DNA from: Adineta vaga
Taxonomy: Eukaryota; Animalia; Rotifera
DNA length: 64,000 nucleotides
Direction of reading: 5' to 3'
Assembly: GCA_021613535.1 (NCBI GenBank)
Contig: CP075495.1
Location: 4,712,001 to 4,776,000, forward strand
The notes beneath the pieces are model-generated. The model was not told the DNA's origin. It worked only from the letters and a program-made list of their open reading frames with translations, and ran no database searches. Position 1 is the stretch's first letter. Each line of letters begins with the position of its first letter. The position numbers and the translations under genes are program-made. This document shows positions 25,286 to 38,639 of the stretch, piece after piece.

Positions 25286-25817
25286 TTCATTAATACTAAC
25301 TCTGGTAAAGTCGGGTAGGTTCGATAGGAAAAATGAATGACGTGACGATGCTTTTTATAATATTATTGAGTCAGTTTACTCATTCATGATTGGTACAAAA
25401 TCAGCTGATGATGATAATAGTCTAGTTTATTAGAAGCTAGCGCCATCTTCTTCAAATAATTCAAAATATGAAAACTATATGCAATACATGTCTTTTCTAA
25501 TCTTTATAGATCGAAATAATTCTTTCACATTTGAAAACGACTTAATCTTCAATTAATTAATCTCTGTCGGTATCAAGCAGAAACAACAACGTGCCATTCG
25601 ATTAACATATCAAAATTCTATTTTTTTAAAATGATTTATTCTTCGTCAATAATAAAAAAAAGCAGACAAAAAAATGGATAGCATCCGTGATGCATAAAGA
25701 AAAAGCTAAAGATACAAGAGTATACATCGAAATTTTAAAAGAAACGTAAGCGAAACGAAAAGAAAAGAAAACAAATGTTTGAATTAATCAACATACTGTC
25801 TTTCATTACATATATGC

Positions 25818-25851
<34 letters not shown>

Positions 25852-25951
25852 GGAATGTTCTCAAATCATCTTACTACTGCTCACTGATATGATTTGCTTT
25901 GTTTGTTTGTTTTCTTGCACATATTATATACATAAAATTATTAGCACAATA

Positions 25952-28640
25952 TTAGTTGTAGCAGCCTCTTAATATCTGATTGAAAAGAAAAGGATTTGTT
26001 CTTAAGAAATCGAATCAACAATTTCTTTTTTCATATCATTCCATTCTTCTTCAATAGAAACGAAACTTCTTTGTAATAATTCCATTTGTTGCATTAATGA
26101 ATTTTGCATTGCAACAGTAACAGCAAATTGTTGACGAAATACAGATAAACGTTGTTCGAATTTTTGATGAATTGCAATCTAAAACAAATGCAAAGAAAAT
26201 AAATATTTTTCTTTTGATTATATAAGTAAAATTTTACATCTTTATTGATATTTATATTTCTTAACGAGGTGATTTGTTTTGATGAATTATTATTTATCAT
26301 TGAGAGATTTGGATTGGAATTTGTTGATGATGCTTCATGAATTGATAATGACGATGAAGAAGCTGGAATTGAATTAAAAATCTTTTTTCGATATTTTTTA
26401 ATAATATTTTGATATTTTTTATTAGCAGATAGATTTGTTTGTTGTTGTTGTTGTTCATTGGAATGAATTGGAAAGGAATGATTTATGGATGGTTTTTCTA
26501 CATTATTTATTGATGTACGAGTACGTGCTAAACGTAAAAATGGTAAACGTTCTTGTTTCGAAGATAAATGATGTTTTTTTATTAAATGATCTGTTAAATT
26601 CAATACCCATGTATTGCAACGTGGACATAATAAACGTTTTTTACCATCAACCGATAAACTATTTGAACCTTGCTGCTCATTTGGTGATGAACTTGTTGTT
26701 AAAATTGATTGATGATGTTGATGATGATTATCTAGATCTGTCTCAACAGGTGAGTATTCGTTTGATTGAATTTGTTGATTATTTGTATTGATACTAATTG
26801 GAGTTTGTTGAGGACTTTTATTGAGATTTCTTGGTGAACTACTACTAACAGTTGGAATTGAAGATGAGCTATTATTATTATTATTATTATAGTTCGTTCG
26901 ATCTGAATATGCAAGTAATGTTAAACTTTCTTCTCGATTAAGATTATGTGTAACTGTAAGATGATGTGAAAGTCGAGAGAAATTTTGTTCGCCACATATC
27001 GGACATGTTTTTACTCGACGATTTGCTGTTGATTGAGCATTGAGAATCCTAAGAAAGAAGATATTGACGAAATAGTTGAAAGAGAGAAAACAAGATGAAG
27101 AAGAAGAATCAACATACGTTTTTACTGGTTCATCATCGATGGTAGCTGGTTGTTCACTATCCGATGAATCGAATGTTCGATTCACAAATACACAAACAGG
27201 TTCAGATTTAACTGAAGTCCATTGATCCGTTTCATTTGCATTTGATAATTTTTCTATAGAAACGAAAATAAATCAAAATGATTATTAGACAATTTTCAGC
27301 TTACCATTACTAGTAGGCTGAAGAGAAGGAGCATTGGATGATTGATCAATTAATGATTTTGTTTCATTTTGATCGATTTCGGATAACTAAAATAAAGCAT
27401 AAATTTGTTTTTCATATTGAATCAAATGAATATCGTTTGTTTACCTCATCATCTTCATTTTCACTACCAAATGTTCGATAACCATTCTCATTACATTGCT
27501 CTAAAAAACAAACAAATCGTGTTTTTTTTCTCAAAAAGAACTTTTCTTTACCTTTGGTATTCCATGATACTCCTTCATTATCATTTGAATCTTCTTCATT
27601 ATTACTTGGTTTGCATAACATAAAACGTTGAAAATCATCCAAATTTTGTAATGACGCATTATTTTTCACAATACCAACATCTGTATTATCATCATCATCA
27701 TCAACAATATCTTCTTCTTCATCCTCATCCAATTCATCATCAATATACATTCCTTCGCCTGTACCTTCATCCGATGAAAATTGCATTAATTCATTTTGAT
27801 CATTGATCATTGTTTCACTCAATTCATCGTTTTCACCATCTCCATCATCACCTGCACGTTTAGCACGTTTACCCAATCGTATACTATTCGTTAGTATACG
27901 TGATATTGATGCTTTACTTAAGACACGAGTTGATGTACGTTGTAAACGCATTTGTATTTGACCAATCGTTATCAAAGGATGACGACGTTTCATTTCTCGT
28001 ATCATTTCCGCTTCATCTTCTGTAATAAAACGAAGTCGTGTTCCAGCACGTTGTTTTGCTGAAACACGTCCTTCATCAATAAACGTTCGAAGAATACTAC
28101 GAGCTAAATAATAAAAACAAAAATAAGATATTATTTGAATAGAAATTAAGAAGATACACGCCTTCATTTTGAGTCTATCTATACATATACCGAAAAGGTA
28201 TTTGGAACTATGACATTTTTGTTCTTTCGTATATTTTTTCACAATAATTTTATCTGGTTTGTTGCATATAAATAATTTTTCTACCTTCGCTTTTTGTTTC
28301 AACGATAAAAATTATACAGGTGAGCTCATTGAGTGCGTACTACATGAAGCAATTGCGTGTATCTAACGTTTTTTCGCCTTTCACACGTCATATACAATAA
28401 TTGTAAACGTATATATAGTTATAGTCAAAGCTTTCGTACTCATTCTATCTATTTAATCGAAACGTTTATATTTTTACCTGTTGAGCGTTTAATATTGAGT
28501 TTCTTAGCCAATGCTATAAAATCTTCGCCTTTCTTATAAGCTTCAATTAATTGTCGTCGGTCAGTATCACTCACACGAACATAACGACCACGACGTTGAT
28601 CAACTAATTGTTGTTGTTGTTGCATTTCCAATAGATTCAT
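25952..28640 (-). CDS. Putative transcription factor: Tc1/paired-like bipartite HTH, acidic region, two C2H2-like zinc fingers and a C-terminal coiled coil
   Basis: VSDTDRRQLIEAYKKGEDFIALAKKLNIKRST|ARSILRTFIDEGRV..QRAG...ITIGQIQMRL..VLSKASISRIL; CPICGEQNFSRLSHHLTVTH and CPRCNTWVLNLTDHLIKKH. The last exon is uncertain (stop at ~26002 or ~25952). Confidence 0.65.
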
Positions 28641-31640
28641 ATTTAATATCGAATAATATCAAAGCAGTACATATAAATGAGAAGATCTTATTGAAGAGGA
28701 ATGATTTTCTGAAAAGGAAAAAGAAAGTTAAAAAAAAGTGATCAAATGAAAATCATCATTGTGAAACAGCTGTTTTCCGCAGCTGGTGTATCCCGTCAGA
28801 CTAACTCGGAATTTATGACAAAGAAAAAAACGTAGTCGTAGTAGTAGTTGTGGTATGAGTGATCAATGAATAAAGGGAATAGAATGTTCAAAAAGTAAGA
28901 AAGAATAAGAAAAAAATCTGACGCACATAATAGTATGTACAAAAAAAATGTGATTTTATCTTCCATTGAAAGATTTCCCAACTAATGTGTAGATAAAAAA
29001 AGGAAAAAAAATTGTATTTATTCATGTTAACCTTTTCGTGCTTATAGAAGATGAAATGTGCGTAGGCCAAGAAAAAGAACACAAAAGATAGCGTTGTTGA
29101 GTGTCTTAACTCTAAAATATTCGTTCTGTTTCTTCGTTTGCTTGTCTGTGTCTACATTGAAATTTTCATTGCTCGAAAATTTACATCGTGTTCTTTCTTT
29201 TCTTCTCCTCTTCTCTTCGAATATTTACTTTATACTTTCGTTCAATGAATACAGAAGAGATTCATCGATGTAGTAAAAATTCATTTTTCCCGTTTGTTCT
29301 CTTTCTTCTCCATTTCATTCATCATAGCACGGATAGAAAAGACGAGGAATTTTCATCTCTACCTGTACGATAGAATAATAGGCTTCTCTTTCTCCCTCTC
29401 TTTTCGAGACGTATGCATATATATATGCTTTATATTTCAATTGAATAGAATCGTTACTTATTGAAAGAAAAATAGAGAAGACAACTGATGTATATGATCG
29501 GATAGAGAATCTAACAATGAAAATTCTAATGGACGTGATTGAAGTAGAATAACAGTACAAATTTAAAAGAAAGAAATGAAAAGAAAAGTAAAATGTATCA
29601 GGTTTTTTTCTCATTCTTAGAATTTTTTTGATTAACTTTAAAGTTGCAAACGATAGAGAAATACAATGTGTTTTTTTTCATACTGAAGATCTCAAGATGT
29701 TTTCTATCATTCATTCAAATAAAACAGCTTCACCACTATTACCTACCTTATCTATAAACAATATCATTGATTTATTTCGTACTCACCAAATAAGTAAAAG
29801 TAAATGAGTACACACTATACTCACAAAAGAATCTCTAGCCCATTGTCATTTGCTATATCTTTGTGCATTTAAATGCGTACCTGTTCCTTTTTTCTTGTTC
29901 TCTGAATAAGTGAGAAAGATGCTTATATATATATATATGTATATATTGTGAAGCGAAAGAAAGAAGAATAGGAATCTCAAAGACGGAACACCACACATTC
30001 GTTTTCTCGTTCTTTCGCTTACTTAGACGAATGAAAGAGAAGAGCAAAGCAAGAATACACATGCATACACAAATACATCAAGAAAAAAAAAGAAATGCTA
30101 CGGTGAAACACTTCTAGCCATCATTACTCGACTAACAAACGGCTGTGCGTCGACGAGAAAAAACGAAATAAAGAAAGAACGTGAAATTGACGACGAAAAT
30201 ACTTCGCTTACTGACATGCCTATTTACCGAAGAGCAGATATGACCAAGGTGTTTTCTTTTTTTTTCCTTGTTCCTCTTTTCACAGAACGCATATAAAAGC
30301 TAAATAGAAAGCCTATTTGCTTTATATTTTATTCGTATTCGTACTTCTTTTTTTTTCTTCACTTATGCACCACAACGATTCATCATTATTGCAAAGATGA
30401 AATGTTCTTTCGTGTTGTCCTGTCTTCCTTTTTCTTTCCTATCAATAATGATTTGTATTTGAGTAAATGTTAGCAATTTTATTTTTGTCTATACACAGAG
30501 ATGTATATACATTTTCATGTTTTATTTTTCGAATAATTATAATAATGATGATGAAAAAATAGCCCTCCGGAAAGTGAAAAAAGAACAGGAATAGAAAAGA
30601 TTGGTATGTTACTGTGAAAATGAATTTATAATATATGGGAGAATCGTACAGCATATTTGTTTTCCTGCTCTTCTGATAGATTGAAACGAACGTTCTCATC
30701 AATTAACTGTGCGAAATATGTAGACTAAGCAAAGTAAAGTGTACTATGCAAACAATGATTCAAGTGTTTATGTGTCGAAAGGGAAAATAAGATATGGGTA
30801 TAAGTGATTAAAGTAAAGAAAGTATTGTTTTCCAAAAAATAAATTCATAGTATTCAATAGAATATATGAACAATAAAATATCTATCAATATTCTCAATCA
30901 ATCGTATTGACCGGAAATGAAAATCTGATTGTTTTTCTTTTGTTTGCTCATAGTCTAATTGGACAATGTAGAATGTATTTGTTTTAATGAATCGTTTTCT
31001 TGAGAACAATAAGAACATTTGAAAATAAGTAACTACAGGTATTATGGAAATGAAATTTTGTCAATTATTATTTAGTTTACATCTAGTTAATCGTTTCGTT
31101 GGTACCATATATAGGTGAAATATGTGGAAGACAATCAATCATTGTATAATTAAAACAATTGCTAAATTCACCTATATTCTTATCATATGTCGCTAGATCG
31201 TTCTCGAAAATGATTTCATCACTATGAAGTTTCTATTAATCTTTCAAAATTTGAATTCTATAGTTGACTTATCGTAAAATAATAAAATAGACAGTAATAT
31301 AATCCTGTATATTGTTAAAAAAAAATCAAGATTCTTATTTTCGATATTGTTATTGAACAAATGGACGTAATACTCGAAGAGTTTATATTTCATCTGTTGT
31401 TTTTTTAGTCTATATTCTCAGACTTTTCGCTCTTGATAAGCCAATTATTCTTCATTACTTTTGAAATATCATACCCTTTTGATAAAAAAAATGAAGCAAA
31501 GAAATTTCCTTCTCATAGAAAATATTAAATAAATGAGAGCAGAAATAATAATTTAATCATTTTCTTCCAATCAGATATTTTTTCATCGAACAACTTTGTC
31601 TATAGAAAGAAGTATTATTGTTCGCACTGAATCAAATTGA

Positions 31641-33062
31641 ATGAATATGGAAGATTCAAATGTTGAATTGAATGATCTACCTAATGAAGCACTTGTGATT
31701 ATTTTGAGAAAATTGAACAATTTTGATATACATTATTCTTTAAAAGATGTTAATCAACGACTAAATCAAATTATTCGAGAATCAGTTTTTACAAATCGTT
31801 TAAGTTTTATTAAAAAGTCTTCAGAAAATTTTATTGATCGATTTTGTTTACAAATTTTACCTCGAATTCATTCTAAGATCAAATGGTTAGATGTTGAATC
31901 AACATCAATGAGAAGTATTTTACGTGCTTTTGATTATCCTAACTTACATATTCTTGGACTCTATAATATTGATGAAGAATCAGCTCGAAGTCTTGTTATA
32001 GGTAAGTAAATTGTAATTCAGTTACTGTTGATAGATTTCTGTGTTATTTGTTTATTATTTAGATCAAACTCTTTCAACTGATATATTTACAAATCAAATA
32101 AAAACACTTATTCTAACATGTATTCGAGATGAAGATTATGTCAAGATGTTATCATCAGTAGCAAATATATTCGAATGTATCTTTCCAATCTTTACGAAAC
32201 TAATTGATTTAATATTACATGAATTATCGTATAGAAATTGTGTTCGATTAAATTTCAATGATTCATTAATTCTTAATTTTCGTTCAAAAATGCTTTTAAA
32301 TTTGAAAGCAAGTTCGTTTTAGAGAAAATCTCTTTATAAAACAACAGTTGTTCTTTTTTTAAAGTGATTTACCAAATTTAAAGTATTTTTCTTTATCATG
32401 TAGTTTAGAAACAATTCATTACAATGAAACAATTGTTCCACTTCTCTCTCGAATGTCAAATTTTAAACAACTCTACTTATATATAGAGTCAAAGTCGACA
32501 GTGCTAAAACGTTTATTGATGAAAATTATCTGAAGAAAACTATTTTCAATTCTATGAAAACATAGCATCGATTCGAATCTTCTATTACTTCACATAGATC
32601 TTGTCTGATACAATTGAATTTACCATCAAAGAAAGATATTCAACGAACATTCATTGATTTTCCAACTAAGAATATTATTTCTTATGTTGATTATTTTCCA
32701 AAAAGTCACAGAGGTCAATGTCATATTTATTCATATCCATCTCAAATGAAAAACCACAAAATCGTAAAGAATCAAATGAAAATTTATCTCGTATTGAATA
32801 TTCTTCTCTTCATGAAATTTATATTGACAAAGTTCACGATAATTATATAGAAGAATTTTTATTCGATACGAAGACGTATCTATCAAACAACATCGAGCTT
32901 TTTGCCACATATGAATCTTTAGAACGAGTAACAAATAATTTTACACGAGAAAGTATACGAATCAATTGTGCAAAAATTGATAAATTATATTTTGTTGATG
33001 AATCAAAACATTTAAATTCTTTAAAAGAGTATTTTCCTAATGTCAAAATATTTTCGAAATAA
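31641..33062 (+). pseudogene. F-box/LRR-like expanded-family gene, apparently frameshifted
   Basis: F-box-like LNDLPNEALVIILRKL; family motifs DRFCLQILPRIH, VPLLSRMSN and SYVDYF...GQCHIYSYP; frame breaks around 32480-32600 and ~32750. Confidence 0.7.
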
Positions 33063-33358
33063 ATACCTTTTTAAAATACAAATAGAAATCATAAAATTAT
33101 CTTTGTCTTTTTAAATGACATCGAATTTTTAATCAAGTTCTTTTTGTTGAAAGAAAATTCCTAAAATGTCGTGTTTTTAAACTCTTAAAAAAGAAAAATT
33201 ATATTAATTTTGTATACCAACTGAATAACTCGGAATGCTGAACAAACTTAATAATATTTCAAGATCCTGCTTTCAACAAAAAGTTTTCTTTCTTGTAAAT
33301 TACTGATTTTTAACCTACCCCAACGAAGGGGACCGATGGCTGACCGTGCCGATATATA

Positions 33359-33903
33359 CAGGGTGTTACATAACCTTTTTCTCCCCCCTACAAGACCTAA
33401 ACGACAGATAATATCAAAAAGTATTTATACTAAATTAAAGTCCGTCAAAAGCTGCATCTATGATTGCAATTAGATCAAATATTGCTTTAGCGATTATTAA
33501 AATATCTCATACAGCATATTAAAATGTCATGAATTACATGATATAAAATCGAACAAAGAACTATTTTGTCTCTTTTTCAATGAATGTTCAAATGTAACAG
33601 AGCAAGTGCGGGCGTTGAATAACGTGTTTATTCTGAAGCAACAAACACTCACTATTCACAATTAATATTTGAAAGAAAAAACAGAAGAAAACTATGCGAT
33701 ATATGCAGGGAGAGGTAAGAAGAGAATGAATAGAAAATTGTATTATTTCCTATGAGATATTTTAATAATCGCTAAAGCAATATTTGATCTAATTGCACTC
33801 CTAGATGCAGTTTTTGACGGGCTTTAATTTAGTATAAATACTTTTTGATATTATCTGTCGTTTAGGTCTTGTAGGGGTGAGAAAAAGGTTATGTAACACC
33901 CCG
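33359..33903. mobile_element. Tc1/mariner-type MITE with ~153 bp TIRs
   Basis: TA|CAGGGTGTTACATAACC...GGTTATGTAACACCCCG|TA; TIRs 33359-33511 and 33751-33903 are near identical; no ORF. Confidence 0.92.
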
Positions 33904-34800
33904 TATATTTGCCAATATGATGTCTACTTTTATATTGATTCATTATGTCCTCTATCGTAACTTATATTCGTTGTAATTTTTTGGTTTCATCAATTAATAA
34001 CTGGTGTATTCGTTGCGTTGCATCAATGACACATCGTCTTGTCAATTACTAAAGTCATAAATCATTTTATTTAGAATAATATTAGTTTTTTGAGAATTTA
34101 ATGTACTTTTCATAGATTCTGAATTTGAAATAGTCAAAAACGAAAGTTTTATTCTAATCAGTTATCAATATCTATATATATATATATATAGATATTCATT
34201 TTCTAACAATCGTTATTGATAGTTATCTAGACATAGCTTTTCAATCACATGATTAAATCAAATATCAATCGAACAAATTCAATCAATATTTTATGTCTAT
34301 AATTGCATATTGAATTGAAAATAATGTTACTGAAGTATTTTCCTTTTTTGTCCTGTCTATCAATTTTTGTTTTTCTTCGTAACTATGTATAAAAATTTCT
34401 TTAAATAACGTTTGCCGAAGTGTATATTCTTGCCTCCGCTTTCGTTCGTTGACGTTAATGATTGTAAATTGCATTTTTGAAGTTAGAAGAGAATAATAAA
34501 AACGATCGTAACATGGAAACAAAAAGCCTATTGACCTCATTTGCTTTTTTACTGAAAGATGTGATAATATACTTGAAAAAAAAAACTTTTCTTTTTCAAT
34601 TTCTTTACAAAATCAAAATTTTCAAGACAATGTTTTTTTGTTGATTTGAATAAATCATGTCAAGTCTATTTTTTGAATACATGTTTTCAATAGTAATCTT
34701 CGTCGTATATGTTATATATTATAAATATAAACAAAATGATAATAATTTCTATAAAAACTCATATATATTTTTTGCAGAAAAGGAAAATAAACAGATACAA

Positions 34801-35437
34801 TTATTCAATAAATCCACAATCAACACGTGGTGTTACATGGCTAAGATCCATTCTATCATCACGAATTGCGACGTCTCCACCTGCAGGTTTATAATCCATA
34901 TTCATCATTGAGCCAACTTTTGAATCAGCATTCCATTGAACTTTTTCTGATCGTATAGCAACACGTGATGGCATAGCAGACCAATTTGCATTAGACAAAG
35001 AATCGACTTTTGATTGTGCCTGCCAATGTACTGGTTCATCTCGTATTGATATTTGACCACCAGTAGGTCGATAATCAAGATTATCAAATGATCCAACTTT
35101 CGATTGTGCATGCCAATGTACAGGTTCATCGCGTATTGATATTTGGCCACCACTAGGTCGATAGTCGAGATTATCTAATGATCTAATTTTTGATGATACA
35201 TCATATCGATAGTTAGCATCTTCGGATCGAATTTCAATATGATTACGTTTTGGTGACCACCAAAGTTTACGAGACTAAACAATACTATATAAAGATTTTG
35301 TTTTTACAAATGTAGATAAGTCTTACCTTTCGATCACTCTCACGAGAAGTTTTCTTCTTATAACGAGGAGTTACTGTATCATTCAATAAAGCAGCTTGAC
35401 CATTGGGTGGCATTTTGATTGTAGTTGTCGTATTCAT
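34801..35437 (-). CDS. Tau/MAP2-type microtubule-binding repeat protein (start uncertain)
   Basis: ~30-aa repeats SKIRSLDNLDYRPSGG, SKVGSFDNLDYRPTGG, SKVDSLSNANWSAMPS and SKVGSMMNMDYKPAGG. The frame stays open upstream of the first ATG. Confidence 0.85.
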
Positions 35438-36420
35438 TGTTTTTGGAACGTATTGTTTTTTCTTTCCAGTTGTTGGAGGAGTTGAATCTTTATTTAAACT
35501 AAAACCATACGTTGCCGGATTACCTTGTCTTTCGTAATGTCGAAATACAGCATTAGAAGGATGTGTTAGAGGTGGTAAATGATCGTATTCTATTGAGCTT
35601 GAGGATTTATCAGATAGAGATGTTCCTTTACGATGTACATGATGTTTTAAATAAGTTGGACCTCTTGATGACGCAACAACAACAGCTGAATTTGGCTGTT
35701 CTTGAAGCGCTCTATTTATTAACTGACGTGTTTGATGCGCCGTTTTGACGTTTAGATGGACTGACGAATGGTAAAAAAAGACTTCGAATAACAGACACCG
35801 TTGTCGAATCGGTGATGAACGATAATGCCATCAAACAGAACGGTTGCTGCTGCTGTTGTTGTTGTTGTTGTTTACATAGGTAAAAAGGCAGTCAACGCAA
35901 TGTTGTTATTCTTAGGTGTAAGTAAAACACGAAGAGAGAAAATGAGAGAAAGAAGAAAAAAAGAACGGAACCAAGAACAATCGATCGATGGAGAAAAAAG
36001 TGAGAAGAAAAAAAAAAGCTTTATTTCAATTAAAGAAAATTGCAATTTAACATGATCGTTTTTTCAAAAAGAAATCAACCAAATAACCTTCTTTGATGTT
36101 TATCTAACTGTTACTAACTACAACAATCAAAACTGAGTTTTATATTCACGTTTACTTTTTTGCTCATTCTTTATATATAAAAATTTATTATGTATAGATA
36201 GTAAATATGTCATTAATGATAGTTAAAATTTAACATAAATATTGAAATAAAATAGAAATTATGATTATCGAATGACATTTGTTTTTTGAAATATTAGATA
36301 ATCGATAAATATGGTTCGATTCGATGAGAAACGAAACATATGTGCATATGTATATGTCGAGAGAATCATGATTATAATATTAAAAAAAAAGAAAACTTCT
36401 TCCTATTCAACTCTATCAAA

Positions 36421-37010
36421 ATGCATCCAATTTATATCGTATTATTCTTCAGTTTCATTCTTTCGTCATTAGCCACCACAATACAAGATCAAATTGATCA
36501 ATTATTGAAAAGTGATCAAGAAAATATTGTTAAAACTCTTCTTTCATCATCGTCATCATTGTCAAGAAATGCTATAGCAACAGTCGATGTTAATTGGTGT
36601 TGTCGAATTGATCCTGGTGTTGAAGCATCATCACGCACGCGACAAACAACATTTTATGTATATAAAAAATAAGCTTAATGATTAAATCAACATTTTGCTT
36701 TTTTTTCTTCTGCTATTCGTAGGTAGTTAAACATGGACGTCATAAATGTGGTTATGACGGATGTGGTTTTCTTGGATGGAGTCGTTGTACACGTTATTGT
36801 GACGAAACATGGGCAGAAATGCAAAATGGTGTTGAAACGTATTTAGTTTATGAGCAACGTATTTGTCCTAACGAGCAATTAACATGTTGTGCACAACATA
36901 TCTATGTTCTTGGTCATTGTTTTTCCTATACAGAAATTTATAACAATCAACAATTATTGGCACAATTGAATGAATTAGGAATTGTTATTCCAGGTCCTTC
37001 TGTCGGTTAA
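36421..37010 (+). CDS. Small secreted cysteine-rich protein (EMI-domain-like), 2 exons
   Basis: Signal peptide MHPIYIVLFFSFILSSLA; WCC...KCGYDGCGFLGWSRCTRYC...ICP...TCCAQHIYVLGHC. Confidence 0.65.
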
Positions 37011-37053
37011 AGAAAAAAAAAGATTCTAAAAATTTGATTTTCCATCTTTTTAA

Positions 37054-38639
37054 TTAATTATACAATAATATCAAAGAAAGAAAAACTAATATGTATGAAA
37101 TTGATAATGATTGCACAGAATTTGTAGCAAATACAGAAAGAATTCGAACGGGTCGAGATGAATAAGGAAGATATGCTATTTGAGGAATAATAATTGTTAA
37201 GTTTAAGGGAACAAATAGATCTTGAATCATGATTTGTTGACGATGAATCTCATAACCACGATGAAAAACCTGAAAGAGATTCCTTATCGTACACATTACT
37301 ACATTTATTCTATGAGAATTAATTACCTTTAAAGTATAAACTCCAGGTAATAATATTCTCCAAAATTCTCCTAATGGTGTCACATTAACAACTGATCGTC
37401 GATCATCAATCATAACTTGTGTTAATGGAATTGGTTGAAAATATTCATTAAGTATCAAACCTTTCACTCCTAAAAAAAGTAAATTCTTCTTTGGTTAGAA
37501 AAAAAACAAAATCTTTTGACTTCAACCTCGTTGTGCTTGAAATAAAAGTTCAATCATTGCATCACGATTATAATTCCAATAATTCATTAATAAATTTTCA
37601 TTGGGATATTTACAACATGATACTTCCATTGTCATTTCAATTGTACCATAATTTAAATAACCATAATCTTGCATACTACCAGTAATTTCATACCAATCAG
37701 CACCACGTACAGTTGCTCCAACTGTATCACTTCCTACATCACAATATTGATTTGTTTCAATAATTCGATTGACATAAGATCTTGCCAATAGTTGGTAAAT
37801 ATCATCATCGGAACTAATCGACTGTTTTCCGACATCTAAAAATTCGAAGTATTCGATTGTTTTTTTTAAGTATTATAAATCGAAATTTTTTGCTTACAAT
37901 AACGATCATAAGGAGTATTAATAATAAATGCACCACCATGATAATTAGCGGAAAGAACAAATGGAACTAAATCCATCCAAGACATTACAGCACTTGTTTC
38001 GAAAGCTCGAATTGGTGATGAAAGTGGAGTACCCAAATAATCAGGAAAATTTCGATTCAAATCAATACCATTTAATGTAAATCTAAAATCGAATGAACAA
38101 GATAAACTTTTTCTTGTGAATATTTCATTTTTCTTTCTTGCCTTCCATTTGTTGTTGAACAATCACCATATTGTGATAATTCTAAACCATCAGGATTCAT
38201 CGATGGCATTATCCATATTCGTGAACGATTGATTAATTTAATCACTTGATTATCATTCGATGTGAGAAGATATTCAACTAAAGACAATAATAATTCTAAA
38301 CCAACAACTTCATTTCCATGCATATTTCCAATATATTTCACTTCAGGACGTAATAGAACATGTTGATTAGGAGCATAAGCACTTATTGCTATTGCCCATA
38401 ACGATCGTCCTTGAGAAAAGAAGAAGTCAATTGAAAAAGAAACAACGAGATATTTTCTTATTTAATTTACCTCCTTCCGTCTTGCCTATTTCATATACAA
38501 TTGCTTTCGTTGGAAAATGAGCAGCTATATTATGAAGAAAATTAGTAACTTGAGAATAATTATGATATCGGAAATCATAGGCATGGATATGATTGAATAG
38601 AAAATAGAATCCAAAGAGTAATATTAGATGAATTTGCAT
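37054..38639 (-). CDS. M14B metallocarboxypeptidase, carboxypeptidase M-like (probable GPI anchor)
   Basis: Signal peptide; KYIGNMHGNE, MPSMNPDG, DLNRNFP, SANYHGG, GADWY..GSMQDY and EVSCCKYP; transthyretin-like tail GEFWRILLPG; hydrophobic C-terminus. Confidence 0.92.

Noticed and set aside
25818-25848. (TA)n tract
   Set aside because: Ordinary microsatellite, common across the window.
28796-30702. Several 60-99 aa ORFs
   Set aside because: F/I/L/K-rich translations of AT-rich non-coding DNA with no domain or consistent exon structure.
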